From positions 1 through 31,458 of IMG/VR virus record IMGVR_UViG_3300037458_000195: a stretch of DNA of 31,458 nt. One strand, given 5' to 3'. This stretch comes from a virus (lineage: Duplodnaviria > Caudoviricetes). Positions within the stretch are counted from its first letter, which is position 1; each line of letters starts with the position of its first letter. Position numbers and translations under genes: made by a program. The notes beneath the pieces are model-generated. The model was not told where the DNA came from, made no database searches, and was given only the letters and a program-made list of their open reading frames with translations. Positions 1-8,296 of this stretch are shown here, in pieces.

Positions 1-2
1 GT

Positions 3-815
3 CCTGCCTCTCAAGATTTGGCGGCTGTGTTTTTGATCGCCCGCCGCAACGGACTTGAACATGTTTTGTCGGGTCGCTTGGAGCAAGCTATCGCAGCCTG
101 CGCCGCCGAATGGGCCAGTCTCCCCGGCAGTCCGTACGGCCAGCCGACAAAGACGTTAGCGCAGTGCCGTGCCGTCTATGAGGCGCATGGTGGCACCCAC
201 GCGCCGGCTGGAGCAACCACACCGCAACCTGCAGGCGACCCCACACAATACTCACAGGAGGCAGGCATGCCAATCCCAATCGCCCCGATCGTGACGGCCC
301 TCGCGCCGACTTTCTTGGAAATGCTGCCCAAGCTGGGAGCTTGGTTCGGCAGCGGCAGCAAGTCCAGCGAACGCAACATGGCCGTGGTCGGCGAGGCCAT
401 CAAGCTGGCGCAGACCACCGTCGGGGCCGTCAACGCTATGGAAGCCGTAGAGAAGATGAAGGCAGACCCGGAGGTGCGCGCCCAGGTCGAGCAGGCTGTC
501 GAGGCGAACTGGTACATGCTGACGGAAGCCGGCGGCGGCGGCATCGAAGGTGCGCGTAAAGCTGACGTGGCGATGGTTTCTATGGAAGGGCCGTGGTGGA
601 CATTCCTGCGCTCGCCTAGTTTCTGGATGCTGCTTCTGTCTCTGCCGCTGGTCTATATCGTCGTCGGCTCAATCGCCGGCCTATGGGGGCATGCGGATTG
701 GTCCAGTGACGTGCGCGCGTCCCTGGCGACTGCCGTCGTTTCGCTGATCGTCGGCGGCGCAGCCGGGTATTTCTGGGGACAGACCACATCACGCAACCGA
801 ACCTCGGCGCCATAA
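3..815 (+). CDS. Endolysin (lambda R-like transglycosylase, 5'-truncated) fused to a C-terminal holin-like membrane domain
   Basis: The frame is open from the window edge (PASQDLAAVFLI...). EWASLPGSPYGQP matches the WASLPG..YGQ motif of lambda-R-type lysins. A Pro/Ala/Thr linker follows, then a domain with two strong hydrophobic segments (FWMLLLSLPLVYIVVGSIAGLW; LATAVVSLIVGGAAGYFWG) and a holin-like GYFWG-S/T tail. Confidence 0.8.
   Translation, partial: PASQDLAAVFLIARRNGLEHVLSGRLEQAIAACAAEWASLPGSPYGQPTKTLAQCRAVYEAHGGTHAPAGATTPQPAGDPTQYSQEAGMPIPIAPIVTALAPTFLEMLPKLGAWFGSGSKSSERNMAVVGEAIKLAQTTVGAVNAMEAVEKMKADPEVRAQVEQAVEANWYMLTEAGGGGIEGARKADVAMVSMEGPWWTFLRSPSFWMLLLSLPLVYIVVGSIAGLWGHADWSSDVRASLATAVVSLIVGGAAGYFWGQTTSRNRTSAP
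256..269 (+). promoter_or_regulatory. Internal Shine-Dalgarno and in-frame ATG for a stand-alone holin-like product (267-815)
   Basis: AGGAGG at 256-261, a 5-nt spacer and ATG at 267-269, in frame and exactly at the start of the membrane domain (MPIPIAPIV...). Confidence 0.65.
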
Positions 816-875
816 TGGCAGGGTGCCGCTGTGAATCTGTACCATTGTCTTTTTTCACATCAACTGAGGATCATC

Positions 876-1130
876 ATGGAAACAAATGCAGAACTCCTGG
901 CTCGTATTAACGCAGCCGTTGATGTCGCCACCAGCACCAAAGCTATCGTCACTAAAATTGGCACCGAAACCGCCGCTGCGCTGGTGACGATTTCTGAACT
1001 GAGAGCCGCACTTGAACGCCAGGGCATGGTCAGCCCTGAAGTGTCTGCTGCGATGGGGGCACTTGAGACACAACTTGGCGGTATCCAGGCCGAAGCCGAG
1101 AGCGTCGATAAGCAAGTGCCGGATGCCTGA
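876..1130 (+). CDS. Small coiled-coil hypothetical phage protein
   Basis: GAGGA precedes ATG 876 (the ORF track starts at GTG 831). The sequence is amphipathic and helical, and translationally close to the next gene. Confidence 0.7.
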   Translation: METNAELLARINAAVDVATSTKAIVTKIGTETAAALVTISELRAALERQGMVSPEVSAAMGALETQLGGIQAEAESVDKQVPDA

Positions 1131-1368
1131 CACCATGACCGGCCAGACCTTCGCCGAACTGAGCGCCCGCCCGCCGTGGTCTTGGAACGGCAGCTACGTG
1201 CACACCGGCCAGGGCTGGTTTAACGGCCCGTGCCCATCGCAGGCCATCCACGACTGCCGGCCACCGTGGCTCGATGCGCCTACTCCGCCCGTGCCTGAGC
1301 CCGCCACCTCGCTGATGCTGGCTTTCGGGCTGATCGCAGTGTTCATGTGGAAACGCCATGTCCTATGA
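1123..1368 (+). CDS. Small PEP-CTERM sorting-signal protein
   Basis: The C-terminus PTPP-VPEP-ATSLMLAFGLIAVFMW-KRHVL is a Pro linker, VPEP, TM helix and basic tail. Start is ATG 1123 (overlapping the upstream stop) or ATG 1135. The stop overlaps the next ATG (ATGA 1365-1368). Confidence 0.75.
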   Translation: MPDTMTGQTFAELSARPPWSWNGSYVHTGQGWFNGPCPSQAIHDCRPPWLDAPTPPVPEPATSLMLAFGLIAVFMWKRHVL

Positions 1369-1583
1369 CTCCATCCAGCGCGCCGCAGTCGCCGCCTTGC
1401 GATCCCACGACGCTGCTGCTGCAGAGGCGGCTGTTGGGCAGAGACTGCGGCAAGTGGCGGACGGTGGTGAGGCTCGGGCCGACGCACGTCGAAGTGATAG
1501 CGGCGCGAATGCTTGCGCAGGACGCGATGGACCTGGACCCCGAAACGGAATGGCGAATCGTGGAGGACGCACCTCATGAGTGA
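1365..1583 (+). CDS. Hypothetical protein
   Basis: ATGA coupling with the upstream gene, and it fills the gap to the next RBS-bearing gene. Confidence 0.55.
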   Translation: MTPSSAPQSPPCDPTTLLLQRRLLGRDCGKWRTVVRLGPTHVEVIAARMLAQDAMDLDPETEWRIVEDAPHE

Positions 1584-1779
1584 CCCCATCGTCATCGTCG
1601 GGCCTGATGGACATTGCTATGTTCCGATTGGGGAGCATGAGCGCACGCGGCGCAAGAAGGCACTAATGACCGAGTGCCTGATGAAGATTGCAGCGGCGAT
1701 GAACAAACTGGCCGACGATCTTGAAACCGAGAACAGTTCGATTGAAGACGAAACGCGGCCTGCGCCGCTGGGGGATTGA
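1576..1779 (+). CDS. Hypothetical protein
   Basis: GGAGG upstream of ATG 1576. The stop is 1 nt before the next ATG. Confidence 0.6.
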   Translation: MSDPIVIVGPDGHCYVPIGEHERTRRKKALMTECLMKIAAAMNKLADDLETENSSIEDETRPAPLGD

Positions 1780-1780
1780 C

Positions 1781-2257
1781 ATGCTGACGACTGCACAACT
1801 GACGACGCTGAAGGCGGCGATTCTGGCGGAGACGAATGCGGGGTTTGTGGAGTACCGCACGCAGGGCGCTACGGGCGCGATGGCGGCGTTCTACAACGAA
1901 CAAGCGGCGCCAGCCTTCTACGTTTGGCGCAGCAGCTACACGCCGGAGTTGATCGCAAATGCTATCGACGTTGGCATCACGCAGCTTGACGGGCTGACGG
2001 CCAGCAAGCGCGACTCGCTGCTTTGGTGGGCGAACCGACAGCATGATGCAAGGTTGGCACAAACGCAGGCCGCCATCAATGATCTGTGCGGCTCGCAAAA
2101 CACGCTCAAGAATGCTGTGCTGGACGGCGCCAAGCGACCTGTCACCCGCGGCGAGAAGCTGTACTGCACAGGGGCCGGGACGCTGGCCGCGCCCGCCGCT
2201 GCAGGCTTTGAAGGTACGGTCAGCAATGCCGACATCGTGGCGGCGCTGGAGGTCTAA
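1781..2257 (+). CDS. Hypothetical phage protein, probably virion-associated
   Basis: ATG 1781 (MLTTAQLTTLKAAILAE...) is tightly packed between neighbours, ahead of the tail genes. Confidence 0.75.
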   Translation: MLTTAQLTTLKAAILAETNAGFVEYRTQGATGAMAAFYNEQAAPAFYVWRSSYTPELIANAIDVGITQLDGLTASKRDSLLWWANRQHDARLAQTQAAINDLCGSQNTLKNAVLDGAKRPVTRGEKLYCTGAGTLAAPAAAGFEGTVSNADIVAALEV

Positions 2258-2698
2258 ATGGCAACAACTGCAACCTACGCACAAGGCACCAGAAGCTCGG
2301 CCGTTCTAGCCCTTGGCACACTGGCGAGTGCGACCTACGTCACCTCAAGCGCTATTGACCTCGGGGCCACGATCCCGATGGACGTGACGTTCGAGATGGA
2401 AGCGAACGCCAACGGCACGCCTAGCGGTAACAAGCAGCTTGTGCTGTTCTGCAAGTTCAGCCTGGATAACACGAATTGGGGCAGCGGCCCTGAGAGCGGC
2501 ACCACGGCGACGGAAGAAGGCGATCTGCACTTCATCGGCGCCATGCCGACAGTGGATACCAACGACCACCGGAAGTTTTTCAGCCTCGCAGGGTTGCCGA
2601 TTGCGCGCTACTTGAAGCTGGTGGTCAAGAATGACCTCGGCGTCGCGCTCACCAGCGGCAACGTCTACAAGTCTGACATCACGATTGTCTCGACCTGA
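2258..2698 (+). CDS. Beta-rich putative structural protein
   Basis: GGAGG upstream and abutting the previous stop. Alternating hydrophobic beta-strand pattern, Thr/Ser/Gly-rich. Confidence 0.7.
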   Translation: MATTATYAQGTRSSAVLALGTLASATYVTSSAIDLGATIPMDVTFEMEANANGTPSGNKQLVLFCKFSLDNTNWGSGPESGTTATEEGDLHFIGAMPTVDTNDHRKFFSLAGLPIARYLKLVVKNDLGVALTSGNVYKSDITIVST

Positions 2699-2710
2699 TA
2701 AGGCTTCGCC

Positions 2711-3571
2711 GTGCTGATTCTTAATAGGCCGTGGACGAGGCAGCCGCAGGGGGTTGTAGAAGTTGACAGGACAAATCCGCTTGGAGCATTTGCAAGCGAA
2801 GTCTATGTTCCGTCGATTAGTGCGACGATAGTTCGCGGTTATCAAACATCGCGTATTTCAACGGCGACGGTAATCCCAACTTTGCAGGGATTGGCGTTGT
2901 CTACTACGGCGAGCAGTGTTCAGGGCGTAAAGATTGCGGACAACGCTGAAGACATTTTTAAAGGTTCATCTACAGCCACCATTGCGGTGCTGCGTAGATG
3001 CGTAGATACAACCGCTAGAAACAGCTCAATTTTCGGCTATGGAATCAACGAGGGCGCGGGAAACGTTGACCGCGTGCTTTGCCATGCTCCATATTCAGAC
3101 GACACACTTTATTTTGACTTTGCGAATGCAGCGTCAGGCAGCGGGCGTGTATCTGTAGCGTTCACAAAAACTACAGCATGGGAAACATTAGTTTTTGTCG
3201 CCAGCACTAGCGGCTCTATTGGACGTGAAGTTTGGCGGAATGGCGTTAGGATTGCCAATAACACAAGCGCTACGTCAGTCAGGACTTCAGTAACTAACGC
3301 GCCTTTCTATGTTGGAAGTACATATTACGCCACGCCAGGAGTAACAACATCAGATGCAGGCGAAATAGCATTATTTGTGGTTTCGTCGAGTGCATGGAGA
3401 CAACGAGAGATTGCTGAGTTTGCGCGCAACCCGTGGCAGATTATCAAGCCACGCCGCATCTACTTCCCCACCGCAGCGGCAGCGGCGGGCGTTCCAAATC
3501 TCTCGGCCAGCACCTACGTGCCCGGCTCGTTGACCAGCACCGGCTGGCGCCCGCAAGTCACGGCAAGCTGA
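2711..3571 (+). CDS. LamG / concanavalin-A-like domain virion protein
   Basis: Motifs WETLVFVAS...EVWRNG, PFYVG, GEIALFVV...W...EIAEFARNPWQI fit phage LamG-like domains. GTG start. Confidence 0.7.
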   Translation: MLILNRPWTRQPQGVVEVDRTNPLGAFASEVYVPSISATIVRGYQTSRISTATVIPTLQGLALSTTASSVQGVKIADNAEDIFKGSSTATIAVLRRCVDTTARNSSIFGYGINEGAGNVDRVLCHAPYSDDTLYFDFANAASGSGRVSVAFTKTTAWETLVFVASTSGSIGREVWRNGVRIANNTSATSVRTSVTNAPFYVGSTYYATPGVTTSDAGEIALFVVSSSAWRQREIAEFARNPWQIIKPRRIYFPTAAAAAGVPNLSASTYVPGSLTSTGWRPQVTAS

Positions 3572-3572
3572 C

Positions 3573-4739
3573 ATGGCAGTTACCCTCTACTGGATTGTTC
3601 AGGCCGACGCAACGGCCACGCCAACGGGCGCGCAGATCGTCGCCGGGCAGGACGGCACGGGCGCGACGGCGCTCGCATCCGGTAGCGAGGCGTACACCAG
3701 CGCGGGAAACTACAGCGAAGCCAGCGCGATCACCGGCCTGACGGCTGGCACGCCATACGAACAGTGCTGGGTTGCCTACGATGGCAGCACATACAGCAGC
3801 GTTGCGACGGCGACGATCACGACGCATTCTGTTCTTGATGGGCAAGCAACAACTGTCTCAACAGGAACAACGACAGCGGCGATTAGCGTAGCCCTGTCAG
3901 GTTCTTCATCGACGGTTTCTACCGGCACAGTTGTACCAACACAAGCTGCAACGGTTAGTCTTTCGGGACAAACGACAACTGTCTCAACAGGAACAACGAC
4001 AGCGTCAATAGCTGTAGCCCTGTCAGGTTCTTCATCGACGGTTTCTACCGGCACAGTTGTACCAACACAAGCTGCAACGGTTAGTCTTTCGGGACAAACG
4101 ACAACCGTCTCAACAGGAACAACGACAGCGGCAATTAACGTAGCTCTGTCAGGTTCTTCATCGACGGTTTCTACTGGCACAGTCGTACCAACGCAAGCTG
4201 CGGTTGTTGACCTGACCGGGCAAGCAGTTACAACGTCGGCAGGAACGCTAACGTCATCGACAACCACATCGGTTGCGCTGGCCGGCGAAGCTGTTACTGT
4301 TTCTGCAGGGACGCTGGTTGCGACCCAAGGCAACATTGAATTACTGACGGGCGCCAGTGCCACGGTTTCTGCGGGCACGGTTGTTCCTTCTCTCACGGTT
4401 GCTCTGACCGGCGCTTCATCGACGGTTTCAGCAGGGACGGTTTCTCCAAGTCAAGCTACAGTTGTTGCCCTGACCGGCGCCTCAGTTACGGTTTCTGCGG
4501 GTACGGTGGGGATCACTGTTGCCGCTACTGCGGCACTTTCTGGTGTCCAAGCTGAAGTTTTTGCTGGCACAATGGCGCTACCCAACAGTGCCACCGTCGC
4601 GTTGTCTGGTGCGGCTCTCACAATCTCGCAAGGAACGATCTTTTTGCCCGGATTCTGGAGTCCCGTCGTGGACACCAACGCAAATCTGTGGATACCTGTT
4701 GTGGATACAGCCCCGAATGCGTGGGCTGAAATAAATTGA
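3573..4739 (+). CDS. Thr/Ser/Val-rich repeat tail or fibre protein
   Basis: About 13 copies of a ~21-aa LxGxxxTVSxGT unit and a Trp-rich C-terminal tail (WSPVVDT...WIPVVDT...WAEIN). Confidence 0.8.
   Translation: MAVTLYWIVQADATATPTGAQIVAGQDGTGATALASGSEAYTSAGNYSEASAITGLTAGTPYEQCWVAYDGSTYSSVATATITTHSVLDGQATTVSTGTTTAAISVALSGSSSTVSTGTVVPTQAATVSLSGQTTTVSTGTTTASIAVALSGSSSTVSTGTVVPTQAATVSLSGQTTTVSTGTTTAAINVALSGSSSTVSTGTVVPTQAAVVDLTGQAVTTSAGTLTSSTTTSVALAGEAVTVSAGTLVATQGNIELLTGASATVSAGTVVPSLTVALTGASSTVSAGTVSPSQATVVALTGASVTVSAGTVGITVAATAALSGVQAEVFAGTMALPNSATVALSGAALTISQGTIFLPGFWSPVVDTNANLWIPVVDTAPNAWAEIN
3841..4205 (+). repeat. 126-bp tandem repeat, about 3 near-identical copies (42 aa each)
   Basis: AAC(T/C)GTCTCAACAGGAACAACGACAGCG recurs at 3851, 3977 and 4103, exactly 126 bp apart. 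Confidence 0.95.
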
Positions 4740-4746
4740 GAATGCC

Positions 4747-5565
4747 ATGCCTTCGACTTTTACATCTTCTTTGCGGCTTGTAAAACAAGCGACAGGCGAG
4801 AACACTGAAACTTGGGGGGATATCTTTAATCAGCAATTTGCTGATTTGATCGATGTCGCTATTTCTGGGTACGCGTCTATTGCTATGTCTGATGCGGATA
4901 AGACGCTTACAAATCTAGAAGGTGCCAGTGATGAAGCTCGGTACATGTTCTTGCGTTTCACGGGGACGCTTACGGCAAACCGAAGAATCTTTGTTCCTGC
5001 TAGCTCAAAACTGTACTTTGTAGTAAACGACACTTCTGGTGATTTTTCTCTTGTCGTAAAAACGGCTTCTGGTTCCGGCGTAGAAGTACGCAACGGTGCT
5101 GCTGTTATTGTTTTTTGCGATGGCACAAACGTACGTTATGGGTTCACCCAAGTACCGAGTGACTTGGTTGTTGGCGGCGAAGATGGTGAGACTGGTAGCG
5201 GCGGACTCGACGGTACGGACGGCGCTACTGTAGGCTACCTTGAGATTCCGCAAAATTCGCAGTCAGCGGATTACACGTGCGTTCTGGAAGATTCTGGTAA
5301 GCATATTTATCACCCTGATGGGGATACTGCTACTAGGACATGGACAATACCCGCCAATTCGTCGGTAGCATACCCCCTCGGTACAGCTATCACGTTTCTT
5401 GTTGACCTCGGCGCAGGCAACATCACGCTTGAGATTGCGTCAGACACGCTAGTTTTGGCACCATCCGGCGCTACTGGTACGCGCACGTTAAACGCACCAG
5501 CTTCAGTCACAGCAGTAAAAGTCGCTGCTACACGGTGGATTATTAGCGGTTCTGGAATCGTCTAA
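4747..5565 (+). CDS. Tail fibre / tail-associated protein
   Basis: The N-terminus (STFTSSLRL..QATGEN..TWG...FTGTLTANR) and C-terminus (IPQNSQSADYT...TWTIPANSSVAYPLGTAITF) resemble phage tail-fibre modules. Confidence 0.75.
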   Translation: MPSTFTSSLRLVKQATGENTETWGDIFNQQFADLIDVAISGYASIAMSDADKTLTNLEGASDEARYMFLRFTGTLTANRRIFVPASSKLYFVVNDTSGDFSLVVKTASGSGVEVRNGAAVIVFCDGTNVRYGFTQVPSDLVVGGEDGETGSGGLDGTDGATVGYLEIPQNSQSADYTCVLEDSGKHIYHPDGDTATRTWTIPANSSVAYPLGTAITFLVDLGAGNITLEIASDTLVLAPSGATGTRTLNAPASVTAVKVAATRWIISGSGIV

Positions 5566-5567
5566 AA

Positions 5568-8285
5568 ATGGCCGCTACGCAACAAGCGCTGTTGATGGCA
5601 AGTGACAACGCAGTCACTGTTCCAGAGGCGTGCGAAGCTGATCCCTACTACTCCTGTGGCCCCACAAACGACCCGTATTGGGCGAATGTGGTGTTGATGC
5701 TGCATATGGATGGGACGAATGGGTCTACTACGTTTACGGATAGTAGCAGTCTTAGCAGAACACCAGCAACAAACACAAATGTAGCTATAACCACGGACCA
5801 AAGCAAGTTTGGTGGAGCGGCTGGTGAGCGAACAGCCGGAAGTGCAATTCTTGAGTATGCATATAGCACTGATTTTTCATATGCTGGATCAAACGCTTAT
5901 ACGATTGAATTTTGGTTGTTTTTGCAAGAAGCGGGGGCTACTGAAGTTTATTTTCTTGGGCAACGCTCTGGAACAGGCAAGTATTTCCGCATAACAACAG
6001 CGGAAACAATGTTCTTTCGAGCGGATGGGGCTGCTGAATTATCTTTTGGAACAATTCCAAAAGATGTGTGGACGCATATTGCCGTTTCATGCGATACAAG
6101 TACGGTTAGATCATTTGTTAATGGAGAAGAAATAAGCAGTGCCGCAGCATCATCTTATACTGATACAACCACTACGGCCCTTTCTATCTTTTCAGCGTCA
6201 GGTCTTTGGAGTACAGCAGGACTTGTTGGGTATCTGGATGACTTACGTATCACAAAAGGAGTCGCCCGCTACACTGGCAATTTCAATATCCCGACAGCGG
6301 CGTTTCCTGATGCGTTGGATAGCGCATGGTTCCGCACCATGCAGAATACCGTTGATGCATACGCGGCGAATACCGTGTTGCAACTCCATATGGAGACAGA
6401 TTTTTCGGACAGCAGTAGCTACAACAGAACTCCTACAGTTAACGGTAACGCCACGATAGCGGGTACAGCAAACCGATTCAATCTCGGTGGTGGTGTGTTT
6501 GACGGTACAACAGACTACGTGCAGTATCCGAATAGTGCCGATTTCCAGTTTGGCACTGGAGATTTCACTGTTGAATTCTGGGTTAATACTGCGTCTATCA
6601 CGAACGGTCCCTATATTGTTTCTTTTCGAGACGGGACAAATCAAGGTTGGTATGTAGTTTTTGCTTCAACGTTATCTGGGGCGCCATCGTTCTATTCAAA
6701 CGGTCCCGTAAACGGGCTATCGTTGACAACCAGTGGCGCTCTAGCAAATAATGTTTGGCGACACATTGCATTTTCGAGAGTTTCTGGTGTACTTTATGGT
6801 TTTATAAACGGGATTGCTGGTGGTAGTGTAGCAAACACCGTAAATTATTCGGGTGTCGCATCGGCATTAGCAGTCGGTGCGGATTACAACGGCACTAACA
6901 GTCTAACTGGTTTTGTTGATGACGTACGCATTACCAAAGGTGTAGGCAGATATACGGCGAATTTTGTACCTGACGGAGAACGTGGGCGAACAGTTCTATC
7001 CCTGCATGCTGAAGACACAGACGACTCGTCTTGCTACCAGCCAAAGACTGTCACACTGACTGGCAGCGCGGCGGTTTCAACAGCAGAAAAACAGTTCGGC
7101 ACAGCTTCATTTTCTGTTGCTAACGCTGGCACAAGTACAGCAAATGGTGTGGTCATCACGGATCACATGGATTTTGACTTCGGTACAGGCGATTTCACCA
7201 TCGAGATGTGGGCATATCATTCATCGAATGATTACGCCGGGACGCTGTTCTACTACACCGAAAGCTCTGCTTTCTCGCTTGTTGTAGCCGCAACGACAGG
7301 ACTTGTCACCCTGAATTACAGAAGTAGTGGTGGTGCGCAAGCTAATATCGCAACAGGTGTCGTATTTCCTTTGACAACATGGCAACAGGTTGTTGTGCAG
7401 CGCCGGGGTACGAATTTTGAGTTCTACCTCAACGGCGTGCTGGGAAATACAACCGCTATCACGGGCGGCGCATCTTCGACGGTAAATTCTACTGGCGACT
7501 TCTACTTAGGGCGCACAAACGCATCTAGTGCGTTGACGTGGGCTGGCTACATCGATGAAGTTAGGATTACTAAAGGAGTCGCCCGCTACCCAACCGCATT
7601 TACTCCCCCCGCGCAACCAAACTGCGACAGTGTAGTCCCAGGAAACATCGTTGCCGTTCCCGGCACGTCTCCGTTGACGGGCATGTCGGTTGCGGTGCAG
7701 CAGCAAACTATTGGGGATCAGAACGGTGCTGTGGCGCTTAGTGGGGTTAGTGCTACAGTGAATGCTGGTGGGCTTTTTTCGGATTCCGTCACATCGAGTA
7801 AAACAGTTGCGTTGCTTGGGCGAAGCGTCACGGTTTCTCGTGGTACGCTTTCGGTTCCAAAATACCCAAATCTAGTCAATTCGGTAACACCTTCTTTTTT
7901 GGTAACTTCTCCGACAGTAGCAAGTTTGACTGTTACGTTTAGACCTGATGGCACATGGACAGCGATTGACGGAGAAGGCGCCACACGTATTTCCGGAACG
8001 TGGATCGACACAACGCAGACGGCGTATGCAATCACGTCTATTTCACACCAGTACAGAGTTGTTGCGGTGAGTGTGTTTGTTGGGTACGCTCCGTACTACT
8101 CATACCCAACAACTCCGTTTACCCTTTCTTCAGATTTTGTTTTTGTTGCTCAAAACCTTACGTACGTCACAACAGTAAATTTTGATTTTCAAATTACAAT
8201 AAGCCCAACTAGCACAAATCCTCGGTATGCAGAAGCGTTTTATTCTGGAACACACCGAATTACGGTAGCAATAGAGTTGAATTGA
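5568..8285 (+). CDS. Tail-associated protein with three LamG-like domains (candidate receptor binding)
   Basis: Three repeats of VL.LH...DSS....T....F/YT(I/V)E.W...W.H/Q.....G(Y/F).D(D/E).RITKGV.RY. Confidence 0.88.
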   Translation: MAATQQALLMASDNAVTVPEACEADPYYSCGPTNDPYWANVVLMLHMDGTNGSTTFTDSSSLSRTPATNTNVAITTDQSKFGGAAGERTAGSAILEYAYSTDFSYAGSNAYTIEFWLFLQEAGATEVYFLGQRSGTGKYFRITTAETMFFRADGAAELSFGTIPKDVWTHIAVSCDTSTVRSFVNGEEISSAAASSYTDTTTTALSIFSASGLWSTAGLVGYLDDLRITKGVARYTGNFNIPTAAFPDALDSAWFRTMQNTVDAYAANTVLQLHMETDFSDSSSYNRTPTVNGNATIAGTANRFNLGGGVFDGTTDYVQYPNSADFQFGTGDFTVEFWVNTASITNGPYIVSFRDGTNQGWYVVFASTLSGAPSFYSNGPVNGLSLTTSGALANNVWRHIAFSRVSGVLYGFINGIAGGSVANTVNYSGVASALAVGADYNGTNSLTGFVDDVRITKGVGRYTANFVPDGERGRTVLSLHAEDTDDSSCYQPKTVTLTGSAAVSTAEKQFGTASFSVANAGTSTANGVVITDHMDFDFGTGDFTIEMWAYHSSNDYAGTLFYYTESSAFSLVVAATTGLVTLNYRSSGGAQANIATGVVFPLTTWQQVVVQRRGTNFEFYLNGVLGNTTAITGGASSTVNSTGDFYLGRTNASSALTWAGYIDEVRITKGVARYPTAFTPPAQPNCDSVVPGNIVAVPGTSPLTGMSVAVQQQTIGDQNGAVALSGVSATVNAGGLFSDSVTSSKTVALLGRSVTVSRGTLSVPKYPNLVNSVTPSFLVTSPTVASLTVTFRPDGTWTAIDGEGATRISGTWIDTTQTAYAITSISHQYRVVAVSVFVGYAPYYSYPTTPFTLSSDFVFVAQNLTYVTTVNFDFQITISPTSTNPRYAEAFYSGTHRITVAIELN

Positions 8286-8296
8286 TAGCGTAAAAA

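Noticed and set aside
812-860. Possible terminator after the lysin-holin gene
   Set aside because: A T-run is present but the stem is weak and interrupted.
1012-1122. N-terminal extension of the PEP-CTERM ORF as a signal peptide or lipobox
   Set aside because: It overlaps the upstream gene and has no hydrophobic core or RBS.
3841-4205. Tandem repeat as a CRISPR array
   Set aside because: It is an in-frame coding repeat with no unique spacers.
6249-7590. Repeated AAAGGAGTCGCCCGCTAC as a possible DGR template/variable pair
   Set aside because: It is short and encodes the conserved KGVARY LamG motif. There is no adenine-specific mismatch pattern and no reverse transcriptase in the window.
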